Positions 25,252-37,657 of a DNA stretch of 64,000 nucleotides are shown here, one piece after another. Location: assembly GCA_963749495.1 (NCBI GenBank), contig CAVVMW010000007.1, forward strand, positions 32,001 to 96,000. The letters run 5' to 3'. A program made the position numbers and the translations under genes. The stretch comes from an uncultured bacterium (lineage in GTDB: Bacteria > Verrucomicrobiota > Verrucomicrobiia > Limisphaerales > UBA8199). The notes beneath the pieces are model-generated. The model did no database searches. It saw only the letters and a list, made by a program, of their open reading frames with translations, and was not told the DNA's origin. How positions within the stretch are numbered: position 1 is the first letter of the stretch; each line of letters opens with the position of its first letter.

Positions 25252-26849
25252 TCAGGGTGCGTAGGGCACGGTTCCGTTGGCGTCCACTTGGTAGCCCCAC
25301 TTCCGGATGTAAGCCTCGGCGGGGAGGAATTCGTCGCCGCTGGCTTTGAGTCTCCGAGCCAGCCCGGCTTCGAGTTCCATCTGCAAGCCGCTGTGGGCGG
25401 GCTGATTGGCTTGGTTTTGCATTTGGAACGGATCGGTCTGATTGTCGAACAGCAACCACGGCCCGGCCGCGTCGCGCACGTAAGTGTGGCGCCTGGTGCG
25501 GATGCCGCGATACTCCCGGCCCCCGTGCCGGCGTTCCCACTGGCCAAACGGGGCGGGGCAAGCGATGAGCGCAGCCCCGTCCGATGGGTCTTTGCCGCCG
25601 CACAGATAATCGCTGTAGTCCAGTCCCTCTGCGGTCCGGGGCACAGCCACGTGGCACAAACCGAGGATGGTGGGCATGATGTCTTCCGAGCCGATGGGCG
25701 CATCCAGCTCCAGGCCGCGCGTGCCGAAGGCCTTGGGCCAACTCAAGAGCAGCGGCACGCGGATCGATTCATCGTAAGGCTGCTGCTTGTTGAATTGTCC
25801 GTGCGAGCCCACCAAGTCGCCATGATCGGAAGTGAACACCACCAGCGTGTTCTCCGCCAACCCGGTCTGACGCAGGGTTTGCAGCAAGTCGCCCACGCAA
25901 TCGTCCAACGCCGCGCAATGAGCATAGTAGCCGGCCAGGGCGGTTCGAGCCCTCTCACTGATGGCTGCCGGGACATTGTCGCGCAGCTTCATCCTGTCGG
26001 CCTGGTATTCCTCGCGATACTTCTGCGGCGCCGTCTGATACGGGTCGTGCGGGGGCCCCAGGCCAGAAAGAGGAAGAACGGCTTTTTGCTGCCGGCGTGA
26101 TCGCGCAGGTAGCGTTGGGCATCCCGGGTCTGGGCTGCCGCATCGTAACCCTCCCACACGAGCTTCTCGGGATTATCGGAATAATAGACCGAATGGTTGT
26201 AGTCGTGGGTGCATTCCAGCGCTTTCCAGTAATCGAAGCCCTGGCGGCGCTCGCGCGGGATGAAGGCCGAACGCCCGTCCCCATTCAGATGCCATTTGCC
26301 GATGTAGCCGGTGTCGTAACCCGCCCGGACCAGGACCTTCGGCAGTGTGAGCGCGTCGGGAGAAAGCGCCACATCGTTCAGGAATACCCCGTGAGTCAGC
26401 GCGCGCTGTCCCGTGAGCAGGGAGGCGCGCGCGGGGCAGCAGACCGGCACGCTGGATAGGGCGTTGATAAAGCGGATGCCCTGCCGTTGCAGCGTGTCAA
26501 TGTGGGGCGTGCGCACATTGGGATCGCCGGCGTGGCCGAAGGCTTGCGCGCGCCATTGATCGGCAAGGATGAACAGGATGTTCGGCCCGGTTCCCGGCCC
26601 GGGATCAAAACCGTTTCCGATTTTCTGCTCTCGCATGACACCGACCAACTGCCGGAGCGATTCCAGTTCACCCGGAGCGCCATACATGCTGAAAACGAAC
26701 TCGTGCTGGCCGGGCAAGAGATGGACCTGTTGAGCGCCGCCGGCCAGGGTCCGAAAGTCTGGAAGCGAAAAGATGGGGCCTCTGGCATTGGCAGCGTGCA
26801 AGCCGCCGATGGGCGCCAGCATCAAGCAGAGGAGAAGGAGTCTCTTCAT
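25252..26849 (-). pseudogene. sulfatase, frameshift near 26055
   Basis: NILFILADQ, CCPARASLLTG, GKWHL in one frame; PHDPY, FTSDHG, DPFQM in another. Confidence 0.85.
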
Positions 26850-27121
26850 ATTTGACGAGTGAGGGTATCAGATTCGGGGAAGAAAGCACTTCCATTCTTG
26901 CCCTTGGCCCCGCGGCTGGCACAAGCTCTCGCCATGTAACTGCACCGGGCGTCAGGTTTCTGCATCAATGCCGGCTTTTACGAGCCCTACGACCTCTGGA
27001 AACCCAAAGAGGCCCCGGAAGCGTTCTACTTCCACTGGCGCTCTTGAAGAAGCATTGAGAAGCGTTTGTCCGGCAGGAAGCCTGTCCGGTTTGGACGGTC
27101 GGTGCCGATATACTGGTGGAA

Positions 27122-28639
27122 ATGAACACGCGTGGGCTGATGTTGCTCGAACAATACACCCGGCAAGGGGCCGAAGAGGCCTTTGCCGCCCTGGTGCGCG
27201 AGTATTTGGACCTGGTCTATTCGGCAGCCCTGCGCGCGGTCCGTTCACCCCAACTCGCCGAAGAGGTGGCCCAATCGGTCTTCACGGATCTGGCCCGCCA
27301 AGCTCATAAGATGAAGCCGAATACCCTCCTGAGCGCCTGGTTATACCGCGTCACTCGCCGCACGGCCATTGACGTTGTGCGCCGGGAATCCCGGCGCCAA
27401 CGCCGCGAGCAGGTTGCGGTCGAACTGGCCGGGCAAAACTCGAGTAGCCCTTTTGAGTGGACTCACGCCGAACCGCTCCTCGATGAAGCCATGGATGCGC
27501 TGCCGGAGACCGACCGCAACGCCGTTCTGCTGCGATTCTTCGAAGGCAAGGACCTCAAAGCCGTCGGGGGCGTGCTGGGCGTCTCCGAGGAGGCGGCCCG
27601 CAAACGGGTTGCCCGGGCTGTGGAACGGCTCCGCCAATTCTTCTCAAAACGCGGTGTCGGGATCAGCAGCGCCGGGGTGGTGGCCCTGCTCTCCGCCAAG
27701 GCGGTGGAGGCCGCGCCCGCGGGCCTGGCCGCCGCCATCGCGGCCGCCCTCTCCACCTCCGGCGCTGTCCTGCGCGGCGCCGCCACTCTCCAACTAACCA
27801 AAGCTATCACTATGACTACCATACAAAAACTGGCGCTCACTGCCGCCGTCGCGGCCGCTCTGGGCACGGGAGTCTATGAAGCACACCGGCTCTCCCAAAT
27901 GCGGCAACAAATTCAGGCGCTTCAACAACAACAGGAGCCGCTGACCACGCAAATCAACGCTCTGAACCAGGAACGCGATCGCCTCGCCGCCGGCCTCCAG
28001 GACGCCCAAGCTCAGCACCGCGCGGACGCCGCCGACCTGCCCAAGCTGCGCGCCGATGTTGCCCGCTTGCGCAACCAGGCGCGAGACCTGGCGCAGCCGA
28101 AACCCGCGCCAGCCGGGCTGGTTTCAGAAACGCTCGCCGCCAAAGTCGCGTTGCTCCGGCAAAAACTGGAGCAGATGCCCGGCCAGAAGATACCCGATCT
28201 CCAATTCGCGGACGAAACAGATTGGCTCAAAGCGGCTCAGCGCGTCGAGACTGACTCCGACGACGACGTGCGCAAAGGGCTGAGCCTGCTCCGCACCCTG
28301 GCGGAGATAAAGGCGGTCCCATACTTACAGGGCGCCCTGCAAGGCTACATCGCTGCCAACAACGGAACCCCGCCCACCTCCGTGGACCAACTGAAACCCT
28401 TCCTGCAGCCGCCGTTGGACGAGGCCATCCTCGATCGTTTCCAAACCATCCCTGGACCTGGCGGGCCCGGCGACATTGGACTGAGACAGAAAGCGGATGC
28501 AACCATCGATACGACTTATGACACGAGGTTTACGATCTTCCTCAAAGGCTACGGCTACCGCGCAGGAGACGGTATGATCCTTCCGGACGACGTTCTGAAC
28601 GGCAGGGGCGGGATGATATTTAAGAGCAGCAGTCATTGA
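27122..28639 (+). CDS. ECF sigma-70 factor with C-terminal TM/coiled-coil extension
   Basis: AFAALV..Y..LVYSAALR, AEEVAQ.VF, WLYRVTR, LLRFFEG, EEAARKRV.RA.E.LR. Confidence 0.9.
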   Translation: MNTRGLMLLEQYTRQGAEEAFAALVREYLDLVYSAALRAVRSPQLAEEVAQSVFTDLARQAHKMKPNTLLSAWLYRVTRRTAIDVVRRESRRQRREQVAVELAGQNSSSPFEWTHAEPLLDEAMDALPETDRNAVLLRFFEGKDLKAVGGVLGVSEEAARKRVARAVERLRQFFSKRGVGISSAGVVALLSAKAVEAAPAGLAAAIAAALSTSGAVLRGAATLQLTKAITMTTIQKLALTAAVAAALGTGVYEAHRLSQMRQQIQALQQQQEPLTTQINALNQERDRLAAGLQDAQAQHRADAADLPKLRADVARLRNQARDLAQPKPAPAGLVSETLAAKVALLRQKLEQMPGQKIPDLQFADETDWLKAAQRVETDSDDDVRKGLSLLRTLAEIKAVPYLQGALQGYIAANNGTPPTSVDQLKPFLQPPLDEAILDRFQTIPGPGGPGDIGLRQKADATIDTTYDTRFTIFLKGYGYRAGDGMILPDDVLNGRGGMIFKSSSH

Positions 28640-28870
28640 ATGTAGCGGTCGGCCGCGCGGGGAGCGTCGAGTGGCCGACCCAGCTCCTCCGGTCCGTCTC
28701 CTGGCGGCGGAAACGCTTGGTGCCTTTGGGCTCGCACCCGGCTAATGCATTTCTGCCCCAATGAATCGCACCCATATGAAAAACCAAGCCCCAGCCGCGC
28801 GGTTAAAGGCGGGCTGTGAGGGGAGCGTAGAGTGCGGCGCGAGGGAGGCTGACGCGCGCACGGCTGCACC

Positions 28871-30947
28871 CTATCTTGTAACCCGCAATGCTTTGGCTTT
28901 TTCGCGGCAAGGGCCGATCGTGTAGCCGAAGCGCCGGACCAATTCCTGGAAGCCGTCGTTATCCCGGTCCTCCGCCAGCCACAGGCGTTTGAATTCCGTT
29001 TGGAGCGATTCGTACTCGTTCGCCACGGCCTCAAGCTCATCCGCCACCTGCGGGCGCGGCGCCGCCGGGTCGTTGTAGCGCCCAAGCGCCGCCAATTTGC
29101 GGCCCAAGGCCGCATAACAGCGCACGCCGAAGATCCACTGCTCCAGGTTGTCGCGATTCCTTTTGGCGTGCAGCGCCTCAGCGGAGAGGGCCGCCAGAGC
29201 AGGCGCAGCCGTATCGAGCACCATTTGCCCCACCGCCCCGGGATTCGCGATGCGCGTCAGGTCCGGATGGGTGAACGGATCATGCGCAAATTCCCATATA
29301 AAACTCGTCGCGATTTCCGATTCCTTCCCTTCCTTGTCGCGCACCCTGATGCGCTTTGCACTCACGTCGCTCGCGGCTTCGATGGAACGGAGCGCCGTGT
29401 CGTTTTGCAGCCCATAGATGACGCGGGCAACCGCCTTGCGGAAATAGTCACGGTCGAACTGCGCACCCGTCCATGCGCACGCCCCGTGGTATAAGAACGG
29501 CAGCCATTCCTCCCCGACAAAATGAAAATGGCCGGCATCGCCCCAGTCGGTCGTGATGCTCCCAATGGCCCCATGCCGAAGCCCGCGCGACACTTCCAGG
29601 TCCGAGAATTCCGCGGCCGGCTTAACCCACGGCGTCAGCCAGACGTGGCTGTAGATCCAGGCCTGGGCGAAGAAATCCAGCCGCTTCTCCTGCAGTCGCG
29701 GGTAGTCTTTTTCCCACGCCGGCTGGTAAGGACCGCCCGCGCAGTAGTAACTGCCGATGATGATGTCCTTCGGGAGCGCATCGAGCTTCGGTCCCATCCC
29801 GGCCAGGTGCCCCTGGGAATCGAGCGGTCCCTGCGCGATCATCAGGCGCCTGCCATGCCGCTTGACGGCGGCATTCAACTGCAGCACGTAGCCGAACACG
29901 AGGTCCGTCGCCTGGCTGATGGAGACGCCGTTGGTTTGTAATCCATCGATATCGATTTCGGTAATATCCACGTTGAACAATTCGCCAGGAAACGTCTCGC
30001 ACAGCTCGTCGATCATGGTCGTGACCATCTGGACGGCCTCGGGTTTGCGCACGTCAAACGTCATGATCCAGGGCGCCTTTTCGCAGGGCCCTACCCGCAA
30101 ATGCCGGTATTGGGGTTTGTTCAGGATATGGTATGAATGCCCGAGCGTCTGCAAGAGCGGATGCACTTCTACGCCGTTTCGAGCCGCGCACATCGCCAGG
30201 TCTCTGGCTTCGGCAGGGGCCAAGCCCTCGGGCGGTGAGATGTCCGGGAAGGCCTTGTACTTGTACTCATGCTCGATGTAGAGCTCGAGTTCGTTCATTT
30301 TCGCCTGGGCCAGCACTGAGGCCAGGCGCTTGAGCGTGGCTGGTGCGGGCACCTGACCGCGCGAGATGTCCTGCTGGGCGCCTCGGTATTTGAGGGAGGG
30401 CCAGTCGCAAATCGTCATGCCCGGCAGCACCGTGCGGTCGGCGGCGATTTGCCCGAGCGTGGTGATGGCATGGCGCATCCCCGGGATGGCTCGCGCGGCA
30501 AGAACTGCGTGTTTCGCATCGATCACGAGCGCGTAGCCCTGGTCTCCGATTTGTTCGAACAGCTCGGCACCCAAGCCGGTCGCCTCGGCAAACTGCCGGG
30601 ACGTGGCGAGCAGCTCCAGCTTGAGCGTCCGCCCCGAAGTATGGCTCTTGAGAACCGGGAGCTGTACCTCCGGAGGCGGCGGCAATGAACGCGGAGGCCT
30701 GTTCGCCCAAGTCCGCTCCGTCGTGGCCCGGTCCCTCCATCACGATCCCTTTGCACCTGTTGAGTTGAAAAGAAACGCCGGGCAACGGTCGGACCGCTTT
30801 GGGCTGGGCAATAATCCACGCGTCGAGCGACGCCAGGCATCGGGCCACGGTTTGAGGATTGGTTTCGATTTCCTTTGACGCGATTCCAGCAGTCAAGCTG
30901 AACGCCGCGCAATGGCAGAGAACGATGGAAAGCCGCAGGTGTTGCAC
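28871..30947 (-). pseudogene. GH20 beta-N-acetylhexosaminidase-like, frameshift near 30690
   Basis: DWPSLKYRG...DISRG, KMN, LQTLGH, TTDWGDAGH; signal peptide in upstream frame. Confidence 0.8.
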
Positions 30948-30970
30948 AAGCTGCTAAGATAAGCGGCTGG

Positions 30971-32005
30971 TCACTCAAAAACCACTAAATAATTGCCATA
31001 GACCACCGTCGTGGGGTTCGCCGCGCGGATGGCTTGGCGAATCTTGTTGGCGAGTTCCGCGAAGTAGGCCTCGTGCCATTGCAAGTATTGCAGCGAAAGA
31101 GGATCGCGCGGGTTAAGGTCGCGTTGGCGAGGAATGTCATGGCCCTTTGAAAACTCTTTGAAGGCCTGGCGCGTCGCCTCATCATAGGTGTGCAGGGCGA
31201 CGGGCGAATAGCCGTCGAACCAGAACCCATCGGCCTTATATTCCCGCGCCAAATAGGCAAGTTGCTCGCAGAGCCAGTTCACCACTTCAGGATTGCGGAA
31301 GTTGACATAGTCCTTCGCGCGGGAACCGTCCTCGTTCACTCGGAGCCAGTCCGGGTGCTTGGCGCGGAACGTCTCGCTGTGCAGCGCGGATTGGACCGGC
31401 CCGAGATAAAACACCGCCTTCCCGCCGGCGTCATGTGCGATTTTGACAAACCGTCGCAGGTAGGCCTCGGCCTCGCTCACGATCTGTGCCGGGTAATCAT
31501 TCGAGCGCGGCCCGACCCGGTCCCACTGGGCGAGGGTATTCACCGCCACGACCTGGTAGCCGGCCCTGAAATACTCCTGAATTTGGCGCCAATCCGCCGG
31601 CGGCAGGTGCGCGATGCGCAAATCCGTTTGCACCCAGTCCACCGGCGAACACGCTGCCGGGCCTGTCGGCAAGGAGCGCGGCGGCAGCCCGTCGGTGCTG
31701 GGATTGGGGACGCCCGGGTCCTCATTGAAACGGGGACGTTCGCCCCCGGAGCCGGGATGCGCCAGCTCCTTGCTCAGCCAATCATAGGCAAAATTCTTGA
31801 AGCCAAGCCGCTGCAACATTTCTGCCCGCTGCTCGGGTCCGCGCTGCTTGGCGTCAAAGGGTGCCCCGCACCAGGCCGTGAGGTTCTGGCGATCGAAGAT
31901 CCCCGGCAGATCGGCGGAGTTGGTCGGCGCGCTGAGCGGCGCGACTTGCGCATCGAGAGGCACGAGGGCAAGGCAGGCCGCGAAAAAGAGGATGTTTGGT
32001 TTCAT
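30971..32005 (-). pseudogene. chimeric, truncated glycoside-hydrolase-like protein
   Basis: signal peptide, KHPDW, Y.ADGFWFDG; unrelated segments joined, abrupt end. Confidence 0.55.
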
Positions 32006-32271
32006 GTCACCAGAATACTCCTTGAGCGAAATCAGGAAACAAGCGAATTCATGGGGACGGCGCTTTAGACGGAAAGCTCCGAATTATGATCGTTGACGCT
32101 GAGAGGCTGGACAGGTGAAAGTTCGAGAAACATCAACCCAAAACGCCATAACTTCGAAAACTGAACCCTTGTCCCGCAGGAGTGTTGTTGAGAACTCGGC
32201 CCTTGCCTTCGGCCTGGGGTCGTTGATTGCGGCGGCAAAGGGCTATGCGGCTGGGGTTCACTGCACGCGGC

Positions 32272-33055
32272 TCACAGCGGTTTGCTGGTGATCAGTCCAA
32301 TGCCGCGGCCTTTGCTGCCGCAGGCGCAATAGTAAAGATAGAACGCAGCGTTCTTCGGGTTGTAAACCAGTGAGACCTTGTGCGCGTACTGCTTGTCCAC
32401 GCCGCTGGGATTGCCGCCAGCCTTGTAAAGCGGTTCCGGGTGGGCCGCCCAGTGGACCAGGTCACGCGAGAAGGCTGCCATGACGTGGGCGCCGCCGCGG
32501 CCCACGCCGAAGTAGAACATAATCCAGTGATCACCGTCCCGGAACACCTTGGGATCGGAGGCGAATTGCGCATCGTATCCACCCTCACGATTGCGAATCA
32601 CCGGGTTGGCGGGATACCGCATCCAATTCAGCAGGTCGGTGGAAAAGGCCAACCCGGTCTGCTCAGTGCCGCCGTTGGCCGCGTTATAGAAGTCGAAAGC
32701 TCATGAACCACTTATCCGGCTGGCCAGGCAGTTGATAGACACAGGGGCAATCCGTGCTGTGGAATTTCTCGTGCCCAGGAATGTTCGGTTCGGCCGGGAT
32801 GACATGCTCCGGCCAGTAATGCCAGCCGCGATAAGGCGCCGCCCACTTGTCGATCGTTTCCCGATCCAGGTCCCAGGCCGCCGTCGGATCGGCGGCTTGG
32901 AGCCTGACGAGCGTGGCCAACAGCAGGGAGGCGAGAATGAATGGGGAGGGTAAAAACAGGGTAAATTTCGGCCTCGGGCTGGATGCTGCTTCTGCTTCGC
33001 AAGGAACGTGGGAAGCCGCTGGAAGTTGCCCGTTGTCTTTCGATTTGTGCGCCAT
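32272..33055 (-). pseudogene. beta-propeller glycosidase-like gene with out-of-frame deletion
   Basis: TDCPCVY in one frame; STDLLNW.RY..NPVI, SDPKV, SRDLVHW in another. Confidence 0.65.
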
Positions 33056-33847
33056 GGGGTACGGTTTAATCCAGGCCAGCGGCCTGCCCAGCTCTCAATG
33101 GGTGCAGTTCCGAGCTGCCGGATTTGCCCAACCCGCCTGCGGAGTCATTTACCGCCTCAAAGACAAAGTGACCAACGGTCTCGCCCTGGGGGCCATCGAT
33201 ACCGGTTGCCTTGACCTGGAGACCAGCGGCCTGCTCGGCTACAACACCATTTATTCGAGACGGACGCCCCCCTCAGTGCCGGGCTGCGAGCCTGGTCGGT
33301 GTTTTTGCCCGGGGCGTTGGTGGATTCCATGCTGCCTGGCGTGGTATTCGAGGTGCGGCTCCGGAACACGACCGACCAGACCCAGCGGGGCACAGTGGCC
33401 TGCTCATTTCCCGGGCCCAGTCCCCTGGAAGCCGGCAGCAGCCAATATGAGCGCAAGCCAGAGCGGGCCGGGCAATTCACCGGGGTAACGGTCAGTTCCA
33501 AACTGGCCTCCTATGCCTTGGGGGTCATCGGCCGGGAGAAGGCCCGGTTCGGCGGCGGGCTCGAAGCGGAGGGCAAAATCAAGGGGTTTTACCCCGTGCT
33601 CAAGCAATGCACCATTCGGACGGCCAATCTGCGGCCGGCCTATCCCCTGGGAGATCGTCTAATCGTGATGCCGGCGGGCAACGTCGGCACCGAATGGTTC
33701 GAGGCCCCCGAGCCCGGCTGGGCGGGCATGACGGCGCACATCGGGGGCCTTCACCTGGCGCAGTTCCGCATCGCGGAGCGGTTCGCCGCGCTGGTTGGAG
33801 ACCAACCCTTCATTCAGGAATCTCCTTTTGGGGCTTGGGGTTCGTGA
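33053..33847 (+). pseudogene. fragments of a GH116-like glycosidase
   Basis: GLALGAIDTG.LDL and other disjoint segments across frames. Confidence 0.4.
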
Positions 33848-33861
33848 GTAAAATCGAGGGC

Positions 33862-35520
33862 ATGAACAGCTATTTCGAGATCCTGGCGTGCGCATTGATC
33901 TCCTTTGCTCAATCAGGCTTCGGCGCCGGGGTGGGGATAGAATCTTCAGGAGCGGCTCGCGGCATCTACTTTTCCAAGAAGAGCTACCAACCGGCGCCGC
34001 TGCCCCGGTTTGCCGAGATGCGCGACCGGCTGCCGTCGCCCGTTTTTGGGGAAAGGCCCGAGTGGGTATCCATGTACTGGAAAAGCTGGGAACTGGCATT
34101 CAAGAACTTCCATGAGCCGGCTCCGGGCAGCAGCTATGTTTCCCAGTTTATCGATGCCGCGTTCAACCAAAATATCTTTTTGTGGGACACCTGTTTCATG
34201 ACGATGTTCTGCAATTGCGCACACCCGCTGGTTCCGGGCATCGCTTCGCTGGACAATTTCTACGCCAGGCAGCACGAAGATGGAGAAATCTGCCGTGAGA
34301 TCGACCGGGGCACCGGCAATGATTATGTCGAATGGGTGAACCGCGAGGGGGGGCAGCTTTTCAGCCGGTGGGGGTGGACGGGCGTTCGCAATGAGCCGGT
34401 GATTTATCAAGGGCGTCCGGCGCCGCAGCCGCCTCCCGACCTCACGCTCGACGCCTTGAACCACCCGATCCTGGCCTGGGCCGAACTGGAGAGCTATCAC
34501 ATCACGGGCGACCGCGAGCGGCTTGGCAGGGTTTATGAGCCGCTGGTGCGCTATTACCGCGCGCTCCAAAAGTATTTGCGCCAAGGCAACGGGCTTTATA
34601 TGACCGACTGGGCGAGCATGGACAACTCGCCTCGGAACGCGTTCCTGAAGGGCGGCGGCTGCGCCATTGACACGTCCAGCCAGATGGCGCTCTTTGGCCG
34701 CAACCTCGCCACGATTGCCGAATCCTTGGGCAAGGCCCCCGAGGCAGCAGGATTTGCGCGCGAAGCCGACGAACTGGGCGCGGCGATCAATGCCCTGATG
34801 TGGGACCCGGCGCGGCGTTTCTATTTCGACCTGACGCTTGAGGGCAAACGCGCGCCTGTGAAGACGATTGCGGGATTCTGGCCGCTCCTGGCCGGCGTAG
34901 CCTCCGCCGCTCAGGCCGACGACCTCGTGATGGAACTGGAGAATCCCGCGACATTCAATCGCTTGCACCGGGCGCCTACACTGGCCGCCGACCAGGCCGG
35001 CTACGACCCGGCGGGCGGCTACTGGCGCGGGGCCGTTTGGGCGCCGACAACCACGATGGTGATCCGCGGGCTTGAACACTACGGGCGCGGCGCTTTGGGA
35101 CGCGAGATTGCCCTGAATCACCTCGCCGCCATGGGTGAGGTCTTTCAGAAGACCGGGACGGTTTGGGAGAATTACGCCCCGGATGCTCCGGCCCCAGGCC
35201 GCCCGGCAAAATCGGACTTCGTCGGATGGAGCGGCATCGGGCCGATACTCTATCTCCTGGAATTTGCCATTGGCCTCAAGCCGGACGCGGCTTCCAACAC
35301 ATTGGTGTGGGAGGTGGCTTCGGCGAAACCGCTGGGTGTCGAACGGTTCCGATTCAACGGACACGTTGTCTCGCTCAAGGCAGAACCTGCAGGCGGCGAT
35401 AGGCCGTCGCTCAAGTTGTCGGTCGCCTCGGATGGGCCCTTCAAGCTCCTGGTCCGGCACGCAGGGCAGGAGGAAAACTACTCGGTTCCCAAGGGACAAA
35501 GCGCATTTCGTTTAGACTGA
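33862..35520 (+). CDS. trehalase/GH63-like (alpha/alpha)6 glycosidase
   Basis: FLWDTCF, SMDNSPR, YWRGAVW, GTVWENY, FVGWSG. Confidence 0.85.
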   Translation: MNSYFEILACALISFAQSGFGAGVGIESSGAARGIYFSKKSYQPAPLPRFAEMRDRLPSPVFGERPEWVSMYWKSWELAFKNFHEPAPGSSYVSQFIDAAFNQNIFLWDTCFMTMFCNCAHPLVPGIASLDNFYARQHEDGEICREIDRGTGNDYVEWVNREGGQLFSRWGWTGVRNEPVIYQGRPAPQPPPDLTLDALNHPILAWAELESYHITGDRERLGRVYEPLVRYYRALQKYLRQGNGLYMTDWASMDNSPRNAFLKGGGCAIDTSSQMALFGRNLATIAESLGKAPEAAGFAREADELGAAINALMWDPARRFYFDLTLEGKRAPVKTIAGFWPLLAGVASAAQADDLVMELENPATFNRLHRAPTLAADQAGYDPAGGYWRGAVWAPTTTMVIRGLEHYGRGALGREIALNHLAAMGEVFQKTGTVWENYAPDAPAPGRPAKSDFVGWSGIGPILYLLEFAIGLKPDAASNTLVWEVASAKPLGVERFRFNGHVVSLKAEPAGGDRPSLKLSVASDGPFKLLVRHAGQEENYSVPKGQSAFRLD

Positions 35521-35609
35521 AGAGGCAAACCAGGCGGCCTCAGGGCGCGTCGGACTGCACACCCAGAATGGCGCCCGGCACTGGACCTTGAGGATAGACG
35601 TGCGGCAGT

Positions 35610-36050
35610 TCATCCATCGCCCGGCGGCTTATTCGATAATCGCGCGCCAGGATGTCCAGGAAACCCGGATCGGGTGATAAACCGGTGGGGCCAGGGGACT
35701 CGGTAAACCAGCCGGTCACCCTCCACCCTTTGCCAACCGGTCAGCCGGTCGGCGCCCGTGAGCACGATGTGCGCCCCAGGAGCGGCCTGGAAACGGATCG
35801 GCTTTTCCGCCGTGCCGCTCATTTTGACCACGATTCGTTCCCGGTAAACACCGTCCCTGATTAAAACTACGTCCCCGGGCTCAGCATTCTCGGCGACTTT
35901 GGTGAGGCTCTTCCACGGCCGCTCCGCGGTGCTTGGCCCATCATCGCCGGCCTTCGGGTCGCGTTGGGCCACAGTGTAGGTCGTGGCTCGAAGCGAAATG
36001 CCTGTAAAGGTCAAAAGCAGGCTGGCGCACACCAGACAACGTGGGAGCAT
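35610..36050 (-). pseudogene. truncated right-handed beta-helix protein
   Basis: signal peptide, ERPWKSL..PGDVVLIRDGVYRE..GTAEKPI. Confidence 0.6.
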
Positions 36051-36223
36051 TGTAAGACAAAAAGCCAAAACCAGCCGCTCGGCGGGACATTCTGGAATCT
36101 GCATGACCAACGGGTATAGAGCCGTGCAGGGCCGGGTTCAAGCTCCGGTTCCCTTGACACGCACCTGTGCTTCAGCCAGCCTGCGCTTCCGCATGAGCAA
36201 GGTCCAAAATCATCTGGAAGGTA

Positions 36224-36822
36224 TTGAGGCAAATCACCCAAACTGGCAGCCGTTTCTCTGCCTGCCAGGTCGGAGTGAGCGCCACCAGCGCGCACTATCT
36301 GACCATCCAAAACTGCGAGATGGCCTATTCCGGGGCCTATGGCGTCCATCTGAACGGATCTGGGCAGGATACGGGAGGACACTGGAACCCGGCCGACGAG
36401 TGCCGTTACGTCGAGGTGCGGAATTGCTATCTGCACGACGCGGGATGGAACGTGAAGGGCACGGAAGGCTACGGCGTCACCGCCAATGGCGCGGCGGAGT
36501 ACCTGGTCATCGAGAACTGCCAGATCAATAACAACAGCGGCAACGGCATCCTTTATGAGGATTCGTGAACAACCTCTGGGACAAGCCTTACGAGCGTGAC
36601 GCGCAGGCCAAAACGGGCGATCCCCTTTTCGTCGATCCCAAAGCCGACAGCCCGGAAGGGTATAAGCTCCGGAGCACGTCCGCGGCCCGAGGCCAGGGCA
36701 TGCTCCTGTATGAAAACCCGGTGGACTTCTGGAACGGCCAGCGCCCTTATCGGTTACGACCAACCCTCGAAGGCCAGCAAGTTCGAGAAGAAAAAGACAT
36801 GCAGTTGTGCGACAGAGAGTGA
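36224..36822 (+). pseudogene. beta-helix protein fragments
   Basis: LTIQNC, VEVRNC, VIENC repeats; GDPLFVDP. Confidence 0.45.
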
Positions 36823-37455
36823 GTGCGGACACCACGAAACGCCGGCAAGATGGAAAGCAACATCCTACCTATGAACGAAATCAGCATCCCTCTGGAAACC
36901 CTCGCCACATTAACCGCGCTCGAAGGCCGGCCGCTCGCACGCGACGCGAGCCCGGAAACGCTGTGCGCCGACATTGGCTCGCGCTATGACTTTCTGGCCC
37001 GACCCCTCTCGGTTCAGCTCGAGGATGCACGGGTGCTCATCCGGTGGGCCGAGGAATCCAAGGAGGACGTGGCCCAGGCCGCCCGGCTCCTGGAGCGGGC
37101 TGGCCGGCGTGCGCAAAGCGGGGAGTACCGAGCGGGTGGCGGTCCTTTGCCGGCAGGCCCTGCGGTTCCAACCCTCGTTGCACGCCGCCCGGCGCGAGCT
37201 GGCACGCGCGTACGTCGAAACGGGCGACCGCGGCAACGGCCTAGCCACGCTGTGGCAGGCCCTTCGGGCGGACCCGGGTGAAGCGGGGATTGGTGTGGTC
37301 GATTTCGAAGAGGAAGACCATGCCTGGGTCCAGGTCGCCTGGACCCATGGCCGGGACCGCCACCTGGTCGGCGGCCCACCTTCTCTCGCGGAGCCCGTGC
37401 GGCTCCATCTCCTGGCCCAACAACTGCTCCGTGTCCAGTTGGAATCGGAGGCTTA

Positions 37456-37613
37456 GGCGGTGGAAATAAATAAAGGTAGCAACCTGCCTTGTTCTTTTGC
37501 CGCCCAGCTTCGTTGTTCACTCGTTGCAGATCACTGGATATGCGCCTCGTTCACGCCTCGCTGGGCGCCAAAATCCCGGCGGCATCTTGCCACCTTTATT
37601 TATTTCCACCGCC
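37456..37613. mobile_element. 158-bp MITE
   Basis: ggcggtggaaataaataaaggt / acctttatttatttccaccgcc inverted ends flanked by TTA. Confidence 0.75.
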
Positions 37614-37657
37614 TTACCACGACCGGGGACGGCGCTCAATAGAACCCTTGGCTCGCA

